DNA of 64,000 nucleotides from Macrostomum hystrix (lineage: Eukaryota > Animalia > Platyhelminthes). Positions 48,601 through 60,812 of the stretch are shown here, in pieces (the stretch's first letter is position 1; each line of letters begins with the position of its first letter). The position numbers and the translations under genes were made by a program. The notes beneath the pieces were generated by a model that worked only from the letters and a program-made list of their open reading frames with translations, ran no database searches and was not told the origin of the DNA. Where the stretch lies: assembly GCA_950097015.1 (NCBI GenBank), contig CATNEN010000003.1:12896001-12960000 (forward strand), read 5' to 3'.

Positions 48601-51600
48601 TGAATGCTGTTTTTTTCAGGTACTCAAAAAAGCTTTTACCTAAAAATGCCTGTTCAAAAACCTGCTCAAAAAGAAAAAAAATCCGCTGCACTTGAAAATG
48701 CAGCGAATAATTAGCTTAAGCATTGTTAAGTCTACCAGAATTGTCGGAATTGTACTCAGAATATTTTACATTGTTATTAAATCATTACATTTTCTATTTT
48801 AGCGTGTCCTGGGCTCGCTACGCTCGTAAAACTTGTTTCTAATTAACTTTGATGAATTTCTGTTAATTTCTCTTTCACAAAAATTCTAGAACAGGCTCAA
48901 TGACAAGTCACTGATGTCTATGTTCTTCGCCAAAACTTCCTCACTCTGCCCTAACCAACTCACTCTCCCCTGACCTACTCACTCTCCCCTGACCTACTCA
49001 CTCTCCCCTGACCTACTCACTCTCCCCTGACCTACTCACTCTCCCCTGACCTACTCACTCTCCCCTGACCTACTCACTCTCCCCTGACCTACTCACTCTC
49101 CCCTGACCTACTCACTCTCCACTGACCTACTCACTCTCTCCTGACCTACTCACTCTCCACTGACCTACTCACTCTCTCCTGACCTACTCACTCTCCCCTG
49201 ACCTACTCACTCTCCACTGACCTACTCACTCTCCCCTAACCTACTCACCCTCCCCTGACCTACTCACCTGACCTACTTCCCTAACCTGCTCGCTCTTCTC
49301 AAACGTGCTCGCTCTGGTCGAACCTGCTCACTATTCTCAAACCTACTCACTCTGCCATCGCACCCCACCAGCCGAACTCACCCAGAAGCCGCCCAGTCCG
49401 TGGACTGGAAAGGCGCCAACCGGGTCGTCAATCTTGAAGCGGTCCATCAGCGGTACAGCCGGTACAACCAGTAGGCCGCCGATGAAGCCAATCACCACTG
49501 CCTCCCAGGGTCGGACTACGGAGCAGCCGGCTGAAAAAAGTTAAAGATTATTTCCAAGATTTTTATTGGTTGTGAGCTAAAACGTTAAAATGAGCTAATT
49601 GCACTGCAACTTCTTGCATTTTAGGTTTCAGTCAACATTTGAACCTCTGGAAATACTGGATCTCATTTCAGTCTCATTTTTTTGTTTTCGACAGTAGGAA
49701 ATCGACAGTAGTTGCAAAAGTGAGGTGCATGAACCGACAAGGAGTGAGGTGGGTGGAAAATTGAGGGGCAGGAATGGACAGGGAGTGAGGTGGGTGCAAA
49801 AATGAGGGTCAGGAACGGACAGGGAGTGAGATGGGTGCAAAAATGAGGCGCTGGAATTGACAGGGAGTGATTTGGGTGCAAAATTGAGGGGCAAGAATCG
49901 ATAGGGAGTGAGGTGGGTGGAAAATTGAGGGGCAGGAATGGACAGGGAGTGAGGTGGGTGGAAAATTAAGGGTCAGGAATGGACAGAGAGTGAGGTGGGT
50001 GCAAAAATGAGGGTCAGGAATGGACAGGGAGTGAGGTGGGTGTAAAATTGAGGGGCAAGAATCGATAAGGAGTGAGGTGGGTGGAAAATTAAGGGTCAGG
50101 AATGGACAGGGAGTGAGGTGGGTGCAAAAATGAGGGTCAGGAATGGACAGGGAGTGAGGTGGGTGCAAAATTGGGGGGCAAGAATCGATAAGGAGTGAGG
50201 TGGGTGGAAAATTAAGGGTCAGGAATGGACAGGGAGTGAGGTGGGTGCAAAAATGAGGGTCAGGAATGGACAGGGAGTGAGGTGGGTGCAAAATTGGGGG
50301 GCAAGAATCGATAAGGAGTGAGGTGGGTGGAAAATTGAGGGGCAGGAATGGACAGGGAGTGAGGTGGGTGGAAAATTGAGGGGCAGGAATGGACAGGGAG
50401 TGAGGTGGGTGCAAAAATTAGGCTCAGGAATGGACATAGACAGGAATGGACAGTTATTAGAAAAATAGCTCTTGGCAAAATTAGAGCAAATCCGTTTAAA
50501 ACGAAAATACTTTTTATAGCAAGCCCAGAAGCACATGGTAACTCACCAGTCACAGAAACTAACCCAGCTAGAATGGAATTGATGATATCATTCACTTCAA
50601 ATTTGCCCTTGTTCATTAGGAATCTGAAAAAAATGTGGACCATAACAGTTGCCAAAGTATTCATCGGTGCGTTAAAAATGTGCCTAGCTCTATGATGGAG
50701 TCAATTAGTTTAATCGATAGCCAGGTTGAGTCCCCTACGCTTGATTGAGTCAAAAAGCAGAAAGTACTGTAGGTAACGGAATTCCGGAAGCTTGGAGATC
50801 TGTCCAAGGCCGGATTAACTCACGTAATAAATATCCCACTCAGGCCACCACCCATCGATGCGTTTAGTGTTGTAACAGCGGCTCTACAAACATAGGAGTA
50901 AAAATTTGTTTTAGTTTTGAGCGAGATACACTGATGAGCGCTAACGAATGACTCTGGGAGAGGCTGAAGGATCAGGGATTAGCTGAAGGATCAGGGGATT
51001 AGCTGAAGGATCAGGGGACTAGCTGAAGGATCAGGGGATTAGCTGAAGGATCAGGGGACTAGCTGAAGGATCAGGGGATTAGCTGAAGGATCAGGGGACT
51101 AGCTGAAGGATCAGGGGATTAGCTGAAGGATCAGGGATTAGCTGAAGGATCAGGGGACTAGCTGAAGGATCAGGGGATTAGCTGAAGGATCAGGGGACTA
51201 GCTGAAGGATCAGGGGATTAGCTGAAGGATCAGGGATTAGCTGAAGGATCAGGGGATTAGCTGAAGGATCAGGAGATTAGCTTAAGGATCAGGGGATTGT
51301 AGGATCAGGAGATTAGCTGAAGGATCAGGGATTAGCTGATCCATCAGCGTAGAGACTGAAGGACTCACTTAGCTGCTAGCTTCCATTTTCCATTTGAGAT
51401 GCCGAAAGTGCTGCCACAGTTGAAAGCCAACCAACCCCACCTGTAGGAAATGTCGAATTGTCTAGCATAGAGAATTACATTCTAATTTCTAAGAAATAAA
51501 AAAATTCACAATGCATCAACCAAGACATTATACATAAAGACAAATACATAAAGTATTTAGCTATGATATATTGAATTATTTGTACAATGGCTTGCATAAT

Positions 51601-54600
51601 GAAAATTTAGCATTTCTTTTCAATGCATTTGTAATCTGAACTGCTTTTCATTTAGTGTCATTTGAAGATTAGAAATCATGCACTTTGAGTGTAGACAGTT
51701 GTTCTCATCTGTCAACAGTCGGGAGTCAAAAGAATTGAAAACTGGCCTTAGTAACTATTGCTGCATTCCATGACAGCTCAATAAGGGGAGAGAGTATCAA
51801 TTGTCAAAAAAGGACGTGCAAGGCCATCAGGTTGAAAATGACAGGAACCTATAAAACTGTAAATAACTACTATAAAAAATGTTGCTCAATCACAGTTGCG
51901 GGTGTCACGTAAAATAATAATAATCGGCTCGTAAGCAATCAAGCCTAACCTACTCACTCTCCCCTGACCTACTCACATTCCCCTGACCTACTCACTCTCC
52001 CCTAACCTACTCACATTCCCCTGACCCACTCACTCTCCCCTGACCTACTCACTCTCCCCTGACCTACTCACTCTCCCCTGACCTACTCACTCTCCCCTAA
52101 CCTACTCACTCTCCCCTGACCTACTCACATTCCCCTGACCTACTCACTCTCCCCTAACCTACTCACTCTCCCCTAACCTACTCACTCTTCACTAACCTAC
52201 TCACTATCCACTAACCTACTCACTCTCCCCTAACCTACTCACTCTTCACTAACCTACTCACTATCCACTAACCTACTCACTCTCCCCTAACCTACTCACT
52301 CTGCCCTAACCTACTCACTCTGCCCTAACCTACTCACTCTCCACTAACCTACTCACTCTTCACTAACCTACTCACTATCCACTAACCTACTCACTCTCCC
52401 CTAACCTACTCACTCTGCCCTAACCTACTCACTCTGCCCTAACCTACTCACTCTCCCCTAACCTACTCACTCTTCACTAACCTACTCACTCTCCCCTAAC
52501 CTACTCACTCTCCCCTGACCTACTCACTCTCCACTGACCTACTCACTCTCCCCTGACCTACTCACTCTCCCCTGACCAACTTACTCTCCCCTGACCTACT
52601 CCCTCTCCCCTGACCTACTCACTCTCCCCTGACCTACTCACTCTCCCCTGACCTACTCACTCTCCCCTGACCTACTCACTCTCCCCTGACCAACTTACTC
52701 TCCCCTGACCTACTCCCTCTCCCCTGACCTACTCACTCTCCCCTGACCTACTCACTCTCCCCTGACCTACTCACTCTCCCCTGACCTACTCACTCTCCCC
52801 TAACCTACTCACTCTCCCCTGACCTACTCACTCTCCCCTGACCTACTCACTCTCCCCTGACCTACTCACTCTCCCCTGACCAACTTACTCTCCCCTGACC
52901 TACTCCCTCTCCCCTGACCTACTCACTCTCCCCTGACCTACTCACTCTCCCCTGACCTACTCACTCTCCCCTGACCTACTCACTCTCCCCTGACCTACTC
53001 ACTCTCCCCTAACCTACTCACTCTTCCCTAACCTACTCACTCTTCACTAACCTACTCACTCTGCCCTAACCTACTCACTCTGCCCTAACCTACTCACTCT
53101 GCCCTAACCTACTCACTCTGCCCTAACCTACTCACTCTGCCCTTACCTACTCACTCTGCCCTTGACCCCACCACTCGCACTGGTTTTTTTAGTTCAGGTG
53201 TTTTTGGGAGGGCAAAAGGTTTGTTTTCCTGTCTAGATAATTCCATTTTCGCTCTTAGCGCGCAGATAAGCCAACTGTGAGTGTGACAGGTGCAACTGAA
53301 GTGCTGTCAGTTGTCCATCTAAAGAATAGTGTATTCCCGCTATAAGTTAATCATGCGCATTAGGCTTGCTTGGAAGCTTCACTTAATTAACCACTGCCAG
53401 GTAAGGCGAAGGCAAAGTAGTGATAAAAACTCTTATTTTTAGAATGATTATGGGTTTAGAAAAGATACTATAGAGAACTCGGTCTGCTAGCGTAGATAGA
53501 TATACAGCCAGATGCAAAACAATAAAATGGTACAGACACTGCTGTTTTATTGTCTTGTTCACAAGTCAGAAACTCAAACCAATTGGCTACAGTGTCCCTA
53601 AATAACCTAGGCCTTCGAGATAAAATTAAATATAGATTGAAATGCATATTAAGAGCCTCTTATCAATTGTTTCTTGACTCATATAGGCTGTTCTATTTTT
53701 AGATCATGCATGGCCTTGAGGCACGCCTGGGTCGCATGACAATCTGTTATTAGTCATCACGAACACACATTGCACATAAGTGCTTCATTCCAAAATTAAT
53801 AGGTAAGGGTCCCGTTCAATTAAAAAAATTTAAGCGAAACCCGGGTGATTAACTACGATTAATGTTAATATGCTTTTCTAATGACGTACACAATTTACAA
53901 TCTGAACTCACCACAGCATGAACATGCCAATCATGGCATTAGTAGGATTTCCTCCCCTAGGGAATTCTCTTTCGGAGTCGTACTTTCCTAGCCTAGGGCC
54001 GAGCATATAGGCCGCTACTAGAGCAGATATTGCGCCAAGAAAGTGCACCGCGCCAGATCCGGCGATGTCAACGCAGCCCATTCTACGTAGGAAGCCACGC
54101 TTATCCCACACCCAGTGGGCTGGAATGCAGTAGACTACGGTATTGATGAAGCTGAACACTATGTAGGAGTCCAGCTTGGCCCGTTCAGCCATGGCGCCAG
54201 ACACAATAGTGGTTGCTGTTGTGGCGAAACTGTGGGTTTTTTAGTAGATTCCCTACAATCAGTTGAGTACAGTCCCTACAATCAGTTGAGTACAGTCCCT
54301 ACAATCAGTTGAGTACAGTCCCTACAATCAGTTGAGTACAGTCCCTACAATCAGTTGAGTACAGTCCCTACAATCAGTTGAGTACAGTCCCTACAATCAG
54401 TTGAGTACAGTCCCTACAATCAGTTGAGTACAGTCCCTACAATCAGTTGAGTACAGTCCCTACAATCAGTTGAGTACAGTCCCTACAATCAGTTGAGTAC
54501 AGTCCCTACAATCAGTTGAGTACAGTCCCTACAATCAGTTGAGTACAGTCCCTACAATCAGTTGAGTACAGTCCCTACAATCAGTTGAGTACAGTCCCTA

Positions 54601-55713
54601 CAATCAGTTGAGTACAGTTCCATGGTTACCTGAGCTGAAAGACAAAGGTGGCGAAGCTGCGGCCCATATCGGGGGACTCGGAGTCGCGGTCCATAAAAAA
54701 GTCGCCCCATCCGCAGAAGCCGCCAGCGTTGTCCTGCCCAAACGACAGCCCGTAGCCGAACATCCAGTACGAGATGCCGCCGAATACAACGTCAACGACA
54801 TTCTTTACCATGATGTTCACTTCGTTCTTCACCTGAACATTTCCTGCCTCCAGCAAGCCGAAGCCTTAATTGGTTGCGAGGGTGTCCAGGATTCAGGCCG
54901 AGAGGATCCTTCAGCCAATCCCTTGATCCTAGAATCCCCTGATTCTACAATCCCCTGATCCTACAATCCCCTGATCCTACAATCCCCTGATCCTACAATC
55001 CCCTGATCCTACAATCCCCTGATCCTACAATCCCCTGATCCTACAATCCCCTGATCCTACAATCCCCTGATCCTACAATCCCCTGTTCCTACAATCCCCT
55101 GTTCCTACAATCCCCTGATCCTACAATCCCCTGATCCTACAATCCCCTGATCCTACAATCCCCTGTTCCTACAATCCCCTGTTCCTACAATCCCCTGATC
55201 CTACAATCCCCTGATCCTATAATCCCCTGATCCTACAATCCCCTGTTCCTACAATCCCCTGTTCCTACAATCCCCTGTTCCTACAATCCCCTGATCCTAT
55301 AATCCCCTGATCCTACAATCCCCTGTTCCTACAATCCCCGTTCCTACAATCCCCTGTTCCTACAATCCCCTGTTCCTACAATCCCCTGATCCTACAATCC
55401 CCTGATCCTACAATCCCCTGATCCTGCAATCCCCTTGTCCTACAATCCCCTGTTCCTACAATCCCCTGTTCCTACAATCCCCTGATCCTACAATCCCCTG
55501 ATCCTATAATCCCCTGATCTTTTCCAGCAGACTGTCGCATCCTCACTGACCAGACTGCATGGTGAAGATGATGAAGCTGCAGGCCAGAATCCAGGTAGCA
55601 TCGTCGTGAAAAGTTCCCTCGTCGACCAGAGACCCGGCAGTTGATGCTGGTGTGGTGGATGATGACGAAATTATTGTTGACAAAGAGGTGATGTTTACTC
55701 GCTGAGAGCTCAT
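45620..55713 (-). CDS. amt: Ammonium transporter (Amt family), 9 exons: 55713-55551, 54864-54630, 54229-53912, 51440-51369, 50883-50824, 50623-50547, 49530-49382, 47620-47453, 46075-45620
   Basis: In-frame splicing gives DDATWILACSFIIFTMQSGFGLLEAG..FQLSFATTATTIVSGAMAER..HWVW..DIAGSGAVH..WWGWLAFNCGST..NSILAGLVSVTAGC..IDDPVGAFPVHG..EEELIGAD. Both pore histidines are intact. Confidence 0.95.
46848..47288. repeat. 20-bp (atgagaaagatagagagact)n array (copy B)
   Basis: Tandem units in Amt intron 8. Confidence 0.93.
47749..48390. mobile_element. Nested SINE pair (family A minus inside family B plus), counterpart of 37725-38365
   Basis: Near-identical sequence; the right TSD has one mismatch (gggttcgtttc). 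Confidence 0.78.
48955..49270. repeat. 19-bp (cctactcactctcccctga)n array in Amt intron 7
   Basis: Tandem units. Confidence 0.93.
49738..50452. repeat. About 39-bp minisatellite (gacagggagtgaggtgggtgcaaaaatgagggtcaggaatg)n in Amt intron 6
   Basis: Tandem units. Confidence 0.9.
50960..51345. repeat. 20-bp (gctgaaggatcaggggatta)n array in Amt intron 4
   Basis: Tandem units. Confidence 0.93.
51946..53165. repeat. 19-bp (cctactcactctcccctga/ctaa)n array in Amt intron 3
   Basis: Tandem units, same family as the intron 7 array. Confidence 0.95.
54250..54620. repeat. 23-bp (ccctacaatcagttgagtacagt)n array filling Amt intron 2
   Basis: About 16 nearly perfect units. Confidence 0.96.
54905..55520. 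repeat. 16-bp (caatcccctgatccta)n array filling Amt intron 1
   Basis: Tandem units; reverse-complement relative of 50960-51345. Confidence 0.95.
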
Positions 55714-56201
55714 TGTCAAACTTGTCGATAAATTTCAGTCTTAGAAGAAGCTTCTTTGTCAAAAATCGACTTTAATTTGTTTCGAAGAAATTGTCGGGGC
55801 AATATTATACAGGTGCGACCATCTAAGGATCAAATAGGTAAGGCTTACCTACTTAAAGGCATGAAATCCTAGAGTCCTGGTGTGGTCGTGACTAACGAGG
55901 CGGTCAACCTCTATGTCATACTCGCTTTCACACTGTGAGGCTACACTTGTTGCCAACTGGAGACAATGTCCATACAGTGTGGTTAGTGCTATGAGGATGG
56001 ACGAGAACTGGCGAGCATGACTAAATAGGCTTGACCAAATTTGGTGATTATGGTGTGCGATGAACTCGGCCTAAGCAGGTAGAGAGCTGCGAGTGCATCC
56101 TTCACTTTTATCTAGTAATCAATCAGTCTATCAAGATATCAAGAGATTAATCCATCAAGCCATCACTCTATCCAGATATCAATAGATTAATCCATAATCC
56201 A

Positions 56202-56233
<32 letters not shown>

Positions 56234-56604
56234 GTCTATATATCTATCCGTCTGTCTGTCGCAAAATTGCTAAGTTACTGAATTTAAAATAGAAATATTA
56301 AAGTTAATATCGGTTTTACGTAGCTCGATCGGTTAACAATTGAAATGTGAATTTTTCACAAATTTGCCAACGTAAGTTATAATTGTTTATTAAGTAAATT
56401 GACCACGTGGGTCACCACTGTAAGCAAAACGAAGCAGATCACATAAATGCGAAATTAAAAAACTGGACAAGAAAGAGAAAAGCGTAGGTGAAAATGTATC
56501 CGCAGAATCATACGAGCGTAATGAAGAGAGAATGGCTTCTATGAAACGCACAGGTAATAATTTTCTGATCAGTTCTGACAGCGACTAGGATAAGGATTTA
56601 TGCA

Positions 56605-57365
56605 GTTAAGGAGAAAGAGGGTTAAGGAGAGAGGGTTAAGGAGAGAGGGTTAAGGAGAGAGGGTTAAGGAGAGAGGGTTAAGGAGAGAGGGTTAAGGAGA
56701 GAGGGTTAAGGAGAGAGGGTTAAGGAGAGATGGTTAAGGAGAGAGGGTTAAGGAGAGAGAGGTTTAAGTGAGAGAGGGTTAAGGAGAGAGAGGTTTAAGT
56801 GAGAGAGGGTTAAGGAGAGAGAGGTTTAAGTGAGAGAGGGTTAAGGAGAGAGAGGTTTAAGTGAGAGAGGGTTAAGGAGAGAGAGGTTTAAGTGAGAGAG
56901 GGTTAAGGAGAGAGAGGTTTAAGTGAGAGATGGTTCAAGAGCGAAAGGGTAAAGGAGAGAGAGGGTTAAGGAGAGAGAGGTTTAAGTGATAGAGGGTTAA
57001 GGAGAGAGAGGTGTAAGTGAGAGAGGGTTAAGGAAAGAGGGTTAAGGAGAGAGGGTTAAGGAGAGAGGGTTAAGGAGAGAGAGGGTTAAGGAGAGAGGGT
57101 TAAGGAGAGAGGGTTAAGGAGAGAGGGTTAAGGAGAGAGGGTTAAGGAGAGAGGGTTAAGGAGAGAGGGTTAAGGAGAGAGAGGTTTAAGTGATAGAGGG
57201 TTAAGGAGAGAGAGGTGTAAGTGAGAGAGGGTTAAGGAAAGAGGGTTAAGGAGAGAGGGTTAAGGAGAGAGGGTTAAGGAGAGAGAGGTTTAAGTGAGAG
57301 AGGGTTAAGGAGAGAGGGTTAAGGAGATAGAGGGTTAAGGAGATAGAGGGTTAGGGAGAGAGGGT
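56605..57365. repeat. 14-16-bp (gggttaaggagaga)n purine array
   Basis: Tandem units between the p75-like gene and the Amt start. Confidence 0.95.
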
Positions 57366-57698
57366 AGAAGAGAGAGACGGTGTGAAGTTATAAACTAGAT
57401 TATTGAACGGTTACTAGTGGGTATTGATAATGAAAAGGTGTCCTACATAAGCATAAAACGTAGTGCGCACTAAAAAGAGACCAATATCATCAATTTGCAT
57501 AAAGAGATTTTTACTGGATGCATTTAAACAAAAGAAGACGTCTAAATAAACTGAAAACTATAATGATAAGCCTATTTTGCATGCTTCTACAAGGTAAGGA
57601 TAGTTTAATGAAACTTGCTGACTTTTGATTTAATATCGCCTTTGCATAAACGTAAACTTAGTTTCAAATAATCATGCATAGACGTATTTGTTATTTGT

Positions 57699-60466
57699 TT
57701 AATCTGTGAACAGTACTGCAGATGATGTGGATAAATCAACTGGCTTGTCTGTGGGTATGTTGCTGAGCAGCTGCTCATCTTCTTGTCGATCGATTCGGAG
57801 AAGCTGCGGCGCTTCTGCTAATGCATCATCCGTGTTTGAGTTGTTGTTCGATGCGTATGGGCTGAAATTTTCATATGGCCATATGATCTTTAGAATTTTA
57901 TTTGTTTTTTTTAGCTGAGAAAAAATTGTTGTTTTGGGTGTGATAGAATATTAATTATGTACATAGCACTGAGATTATTACTTACATATGCAGAAATGGT
58001 TTTCTAGTATTCGTGAAAAAAAATCATTTCGTAATTTAAGTTCTATAATGTCTAGTACTTTGGCTGTTACAAAACTTTTGAAAATTTTAGTTGGCTGCGC
58101 CTGGTCACGTGATTCAGTTTGCGATCGATTCTAGAGGGATTCCCAAATTTTGTTTCTTAAAATAGCAACAACTCGGCCTTCATTGGCCAATCAGAGAAGT
58201 TTTAAGACACAAATGAATAAACTTACATCTCAGGCTCTGGGTCTATTAATAGCTCGTTGTTTTGTAGCTGCTGCTGTTGCTGCACGCCTTCGTCCGATTC
58301 AGATTTTCTTTCCCTCTGCTGTATCCTGCGCTGCAGCCTCTGCTGATTGGCCTTGCTATTCGACGATAGAAACGGCGACTCTCTGAATAGGATGAGGGCG
58401 TCTGTGCGACCCACCCGACGGAGGGAACGGGCTAGGCTGGCCACACTGGCAGCCGGTCTCTGGCACCAGGTGCGCAGCATCTGCCTAATGGCCGGCTGGT
58501 TGCCGCCGCATGCGGAGTGGCTCTCTAGAAGCAACAACTCCTCCTGGGTCAAGCCTAGAAAGAAAAATGAAAATGAAAAAATAAACACCATCGTAAAAAT
58601 TTGGCAACAGCTTTTTCTAACGTAACTTCCATTGAATGTACTCGTAGTTCTCGCTAATAGTACTTTTAATTAAAATTAAACTTCTGTCAAAACATTTCGT
58701 TGAAAGTGAAAAGCTACATACAATTATTGCGTAATTTTGTTAATCTGTTTTGTCATTTACCGTCATTACATGTAAAATAGCTGCTGTTAATAACAGAGGC
58801 AATTTATTTAATTGACGACTATTGACGAATGATTTTTAATAAACCTAAATTTGTCATCTACTTTCCATATTAGAACAAAAATAATGATTCCAATTAAGAT
58901 TCAACAAACAGTTAAAAACATACCTCGACATCGACATCGACTTTGAAAACGTTTCTATTTGCGTTTCTAGTTCATTTTAACAAAGAAAACTGGGTCGATA
59001 ACAAGAAGGATACACCAAGCACCTCTGCCATCTCTAACACTAATCTTAAATAAAAGCTAATTGCAGTTAAACTATGTACTATCTAGTCACGTACTAAGTG
59101 TGGCACTCGAAGCTCCTAAATCCGACAAGTTGCCCCATCCAATACAGTATCATCTTAACCTTTCCACTGTCTCATCTCTCCTGTGTCTAATCTCTCCCCT
59201 GTCTCGTCTCTCCCGTGTCTCATCTCTCCCGTGTCTCGTCTCTCCAGTGTCTCATCTCTCCCGTGTCTCTCCAGTGTCTCATCTCTCCTGTGTCTCGTCT
59301 CTCCCCTGTCTCATCTCTCCTGTGTCTAATCTCTCCCGTGTCTCGTCTCTCCAGTGTCTCATATCTCCTGTATCTCATCTCTCCTGTGTCTCATCTCTCC
59401 CGTGTCTCGTCTCTCATGTGTCTCATCTCTCCTGTGTCTCGTCTCTCATGTGTCTCATCTCTCCGTGTCTCATCTCTCCCGTGTCTAATCTCTCTTGTGT
59501 CTCATCTCTCCCCTATCTCATATTTCTACACTCAATGCGGCCCGCTGTCGTCTTTTAGTTTCCCTCTGTGGCCCGCTAGCTAATAAGTTTTTCTACCCCA
59601 GATCTACACTCGTGACGAATTTAACCATCCCTTTATTGTCTGCCAAGTAGCTTATAAAATTATTTTTCTGCTGCTTATACTGCTGCAGCACCTGTATATT
59701 TCTTCAGAATAATCATTTATAGAACGATAAAAAAGCCGTTTTCTTTCGTACCTTTCCAGCAATTGCAGAGACTGTCTGACAAAGGATTAGCTATTGCAAA
59801 CGGCCTTCTAAGCCTTTCGCAGAGTTATCGAATCTCACGGAATTTCTATAATCAGCTTAACATTTATTTTTCCTTTTTGTACGTACATTTGCAATCGTCT
59901 ACTGATTTTATTGGTAAGTAGTAAATAGTGCGTGTTGTAGTTCTCACCAAGCTCATGCGCCAGTCGTCGCCAGCCATTCGGGTCGGGATCATTGGCCAGA
60001 ATGTTTTCCAGGCGTTGCAGTCGCGAGTCGGACAGCTCCCGGAGCAGCCGCCGCCCTCCATGAATGCCGGATAAGTCGGCCGCCTGCTGCTGGGGATCGT
60101 CCTCCGCGGCCAACTCGCTGCCGCCGAAACCGCTGTCGGCACTTCGACGCTTCGGTCGGCGCCAGCCAGCAGCCTGGCAGCCTCGGCTATTCAGGTGAAG
60201 CTGGTGCATCAGCGGCTGCTGCTGCTGCTGCGGCGATGCATTGTCTTCGCCAGACGCCACCGCTAGAGTCTTCTCCTCGTTACCAGCGGAGGCTCTGCGC
60301 AGCATCTGCTTGATAAGAATCCAGGCGACCAGGCCTATGATTAGGCAACCGAGAAGGCCGCAATAGACAGGCAGTAGGTCGATGCCTCCCAGGGACACCG
60401 GCGACCCTGCCGGCCAGCCTGCCGATGAGGACGAAGGCGGCGACTGAGGCTGCCGCCGCATTTGAT
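57699..60466 (-). CDS. p75NTR/NGFR (TNFRSF16)/NRADD-like TM plus death-domain receptor, 3' exons: 60466-59948, 58554-58227, 57861-57699 (5' exons not found in window)
   Basis: TM LLPVYCGLLGCLIIGLVAWILIK resembles the p75 TM (LIPVYCSILAAVVVGLVAYIAFK). The death domain is assembled across exons: LENILA..GWRRLAHELG|LTQEEL..RQMLRTW..ASVASLARSLRRVGRTDAL. Exon phases are consistent to TAA at 57699. Confidence 0.8.
59165..59522. repeat. 16-bp (tctcatctctccyntg)n degenerate array
   Basis: Same family as 2045-2320. Confidence 0.88.
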
Positions 60467-60556
60467 CTGCGAGAGAGAGGAATTAATTTGAGTTTGACTT
60501 TTACTTGTAACTCAGAATTTTACCATCGCGAGTTTAGTTTCTTTCTTTTTACTCTA

Positions 60557-60812
60557 GGAGGTTGTAGCCTATAGTGGTCAGAGCGGCGACTTGAAGGTCG
60601 GGGGTTCGATTCTCAACTCCAATCAAACCATTTTAGTCCTTTAGCAATTCTGCATTGCTTTAGTTAACAAAGCTTTTAAATGAGCATAAATACTAGCTAG
60701 GGTAATTGAGGGCGGGTGAGGCGTCCCGCCAGTCCATGGACTGATCCCGCAGTCTTCAGATGCGCCGCGCAATAGCTGCAGCTGTGCTGTCGGCTGCACA
60801 TCTGGCTTTATT
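60557..60812 (+). mobile_element. Family B SINE copy with replaced or decayed middle
   Basis: A-box-like gtagcctatagtggtc and B-box ggttcgattc; acttgaaggtcgggggttcgattct is identical to 37725-37749; the 3' half matches 38235-38345. Confidence 0.7.

Larger units (their letters stand above)
43958..49270. repeat. Segmental duplicate copy B (contiguous with the intact Amt gene)
   Basis: See copy A. Confidence 0.93.

Noticed and set aside
56605-57365. Interstitial telomere
   Set aside because: The unit is gggttaaggagaga, not tandem TTAGGG
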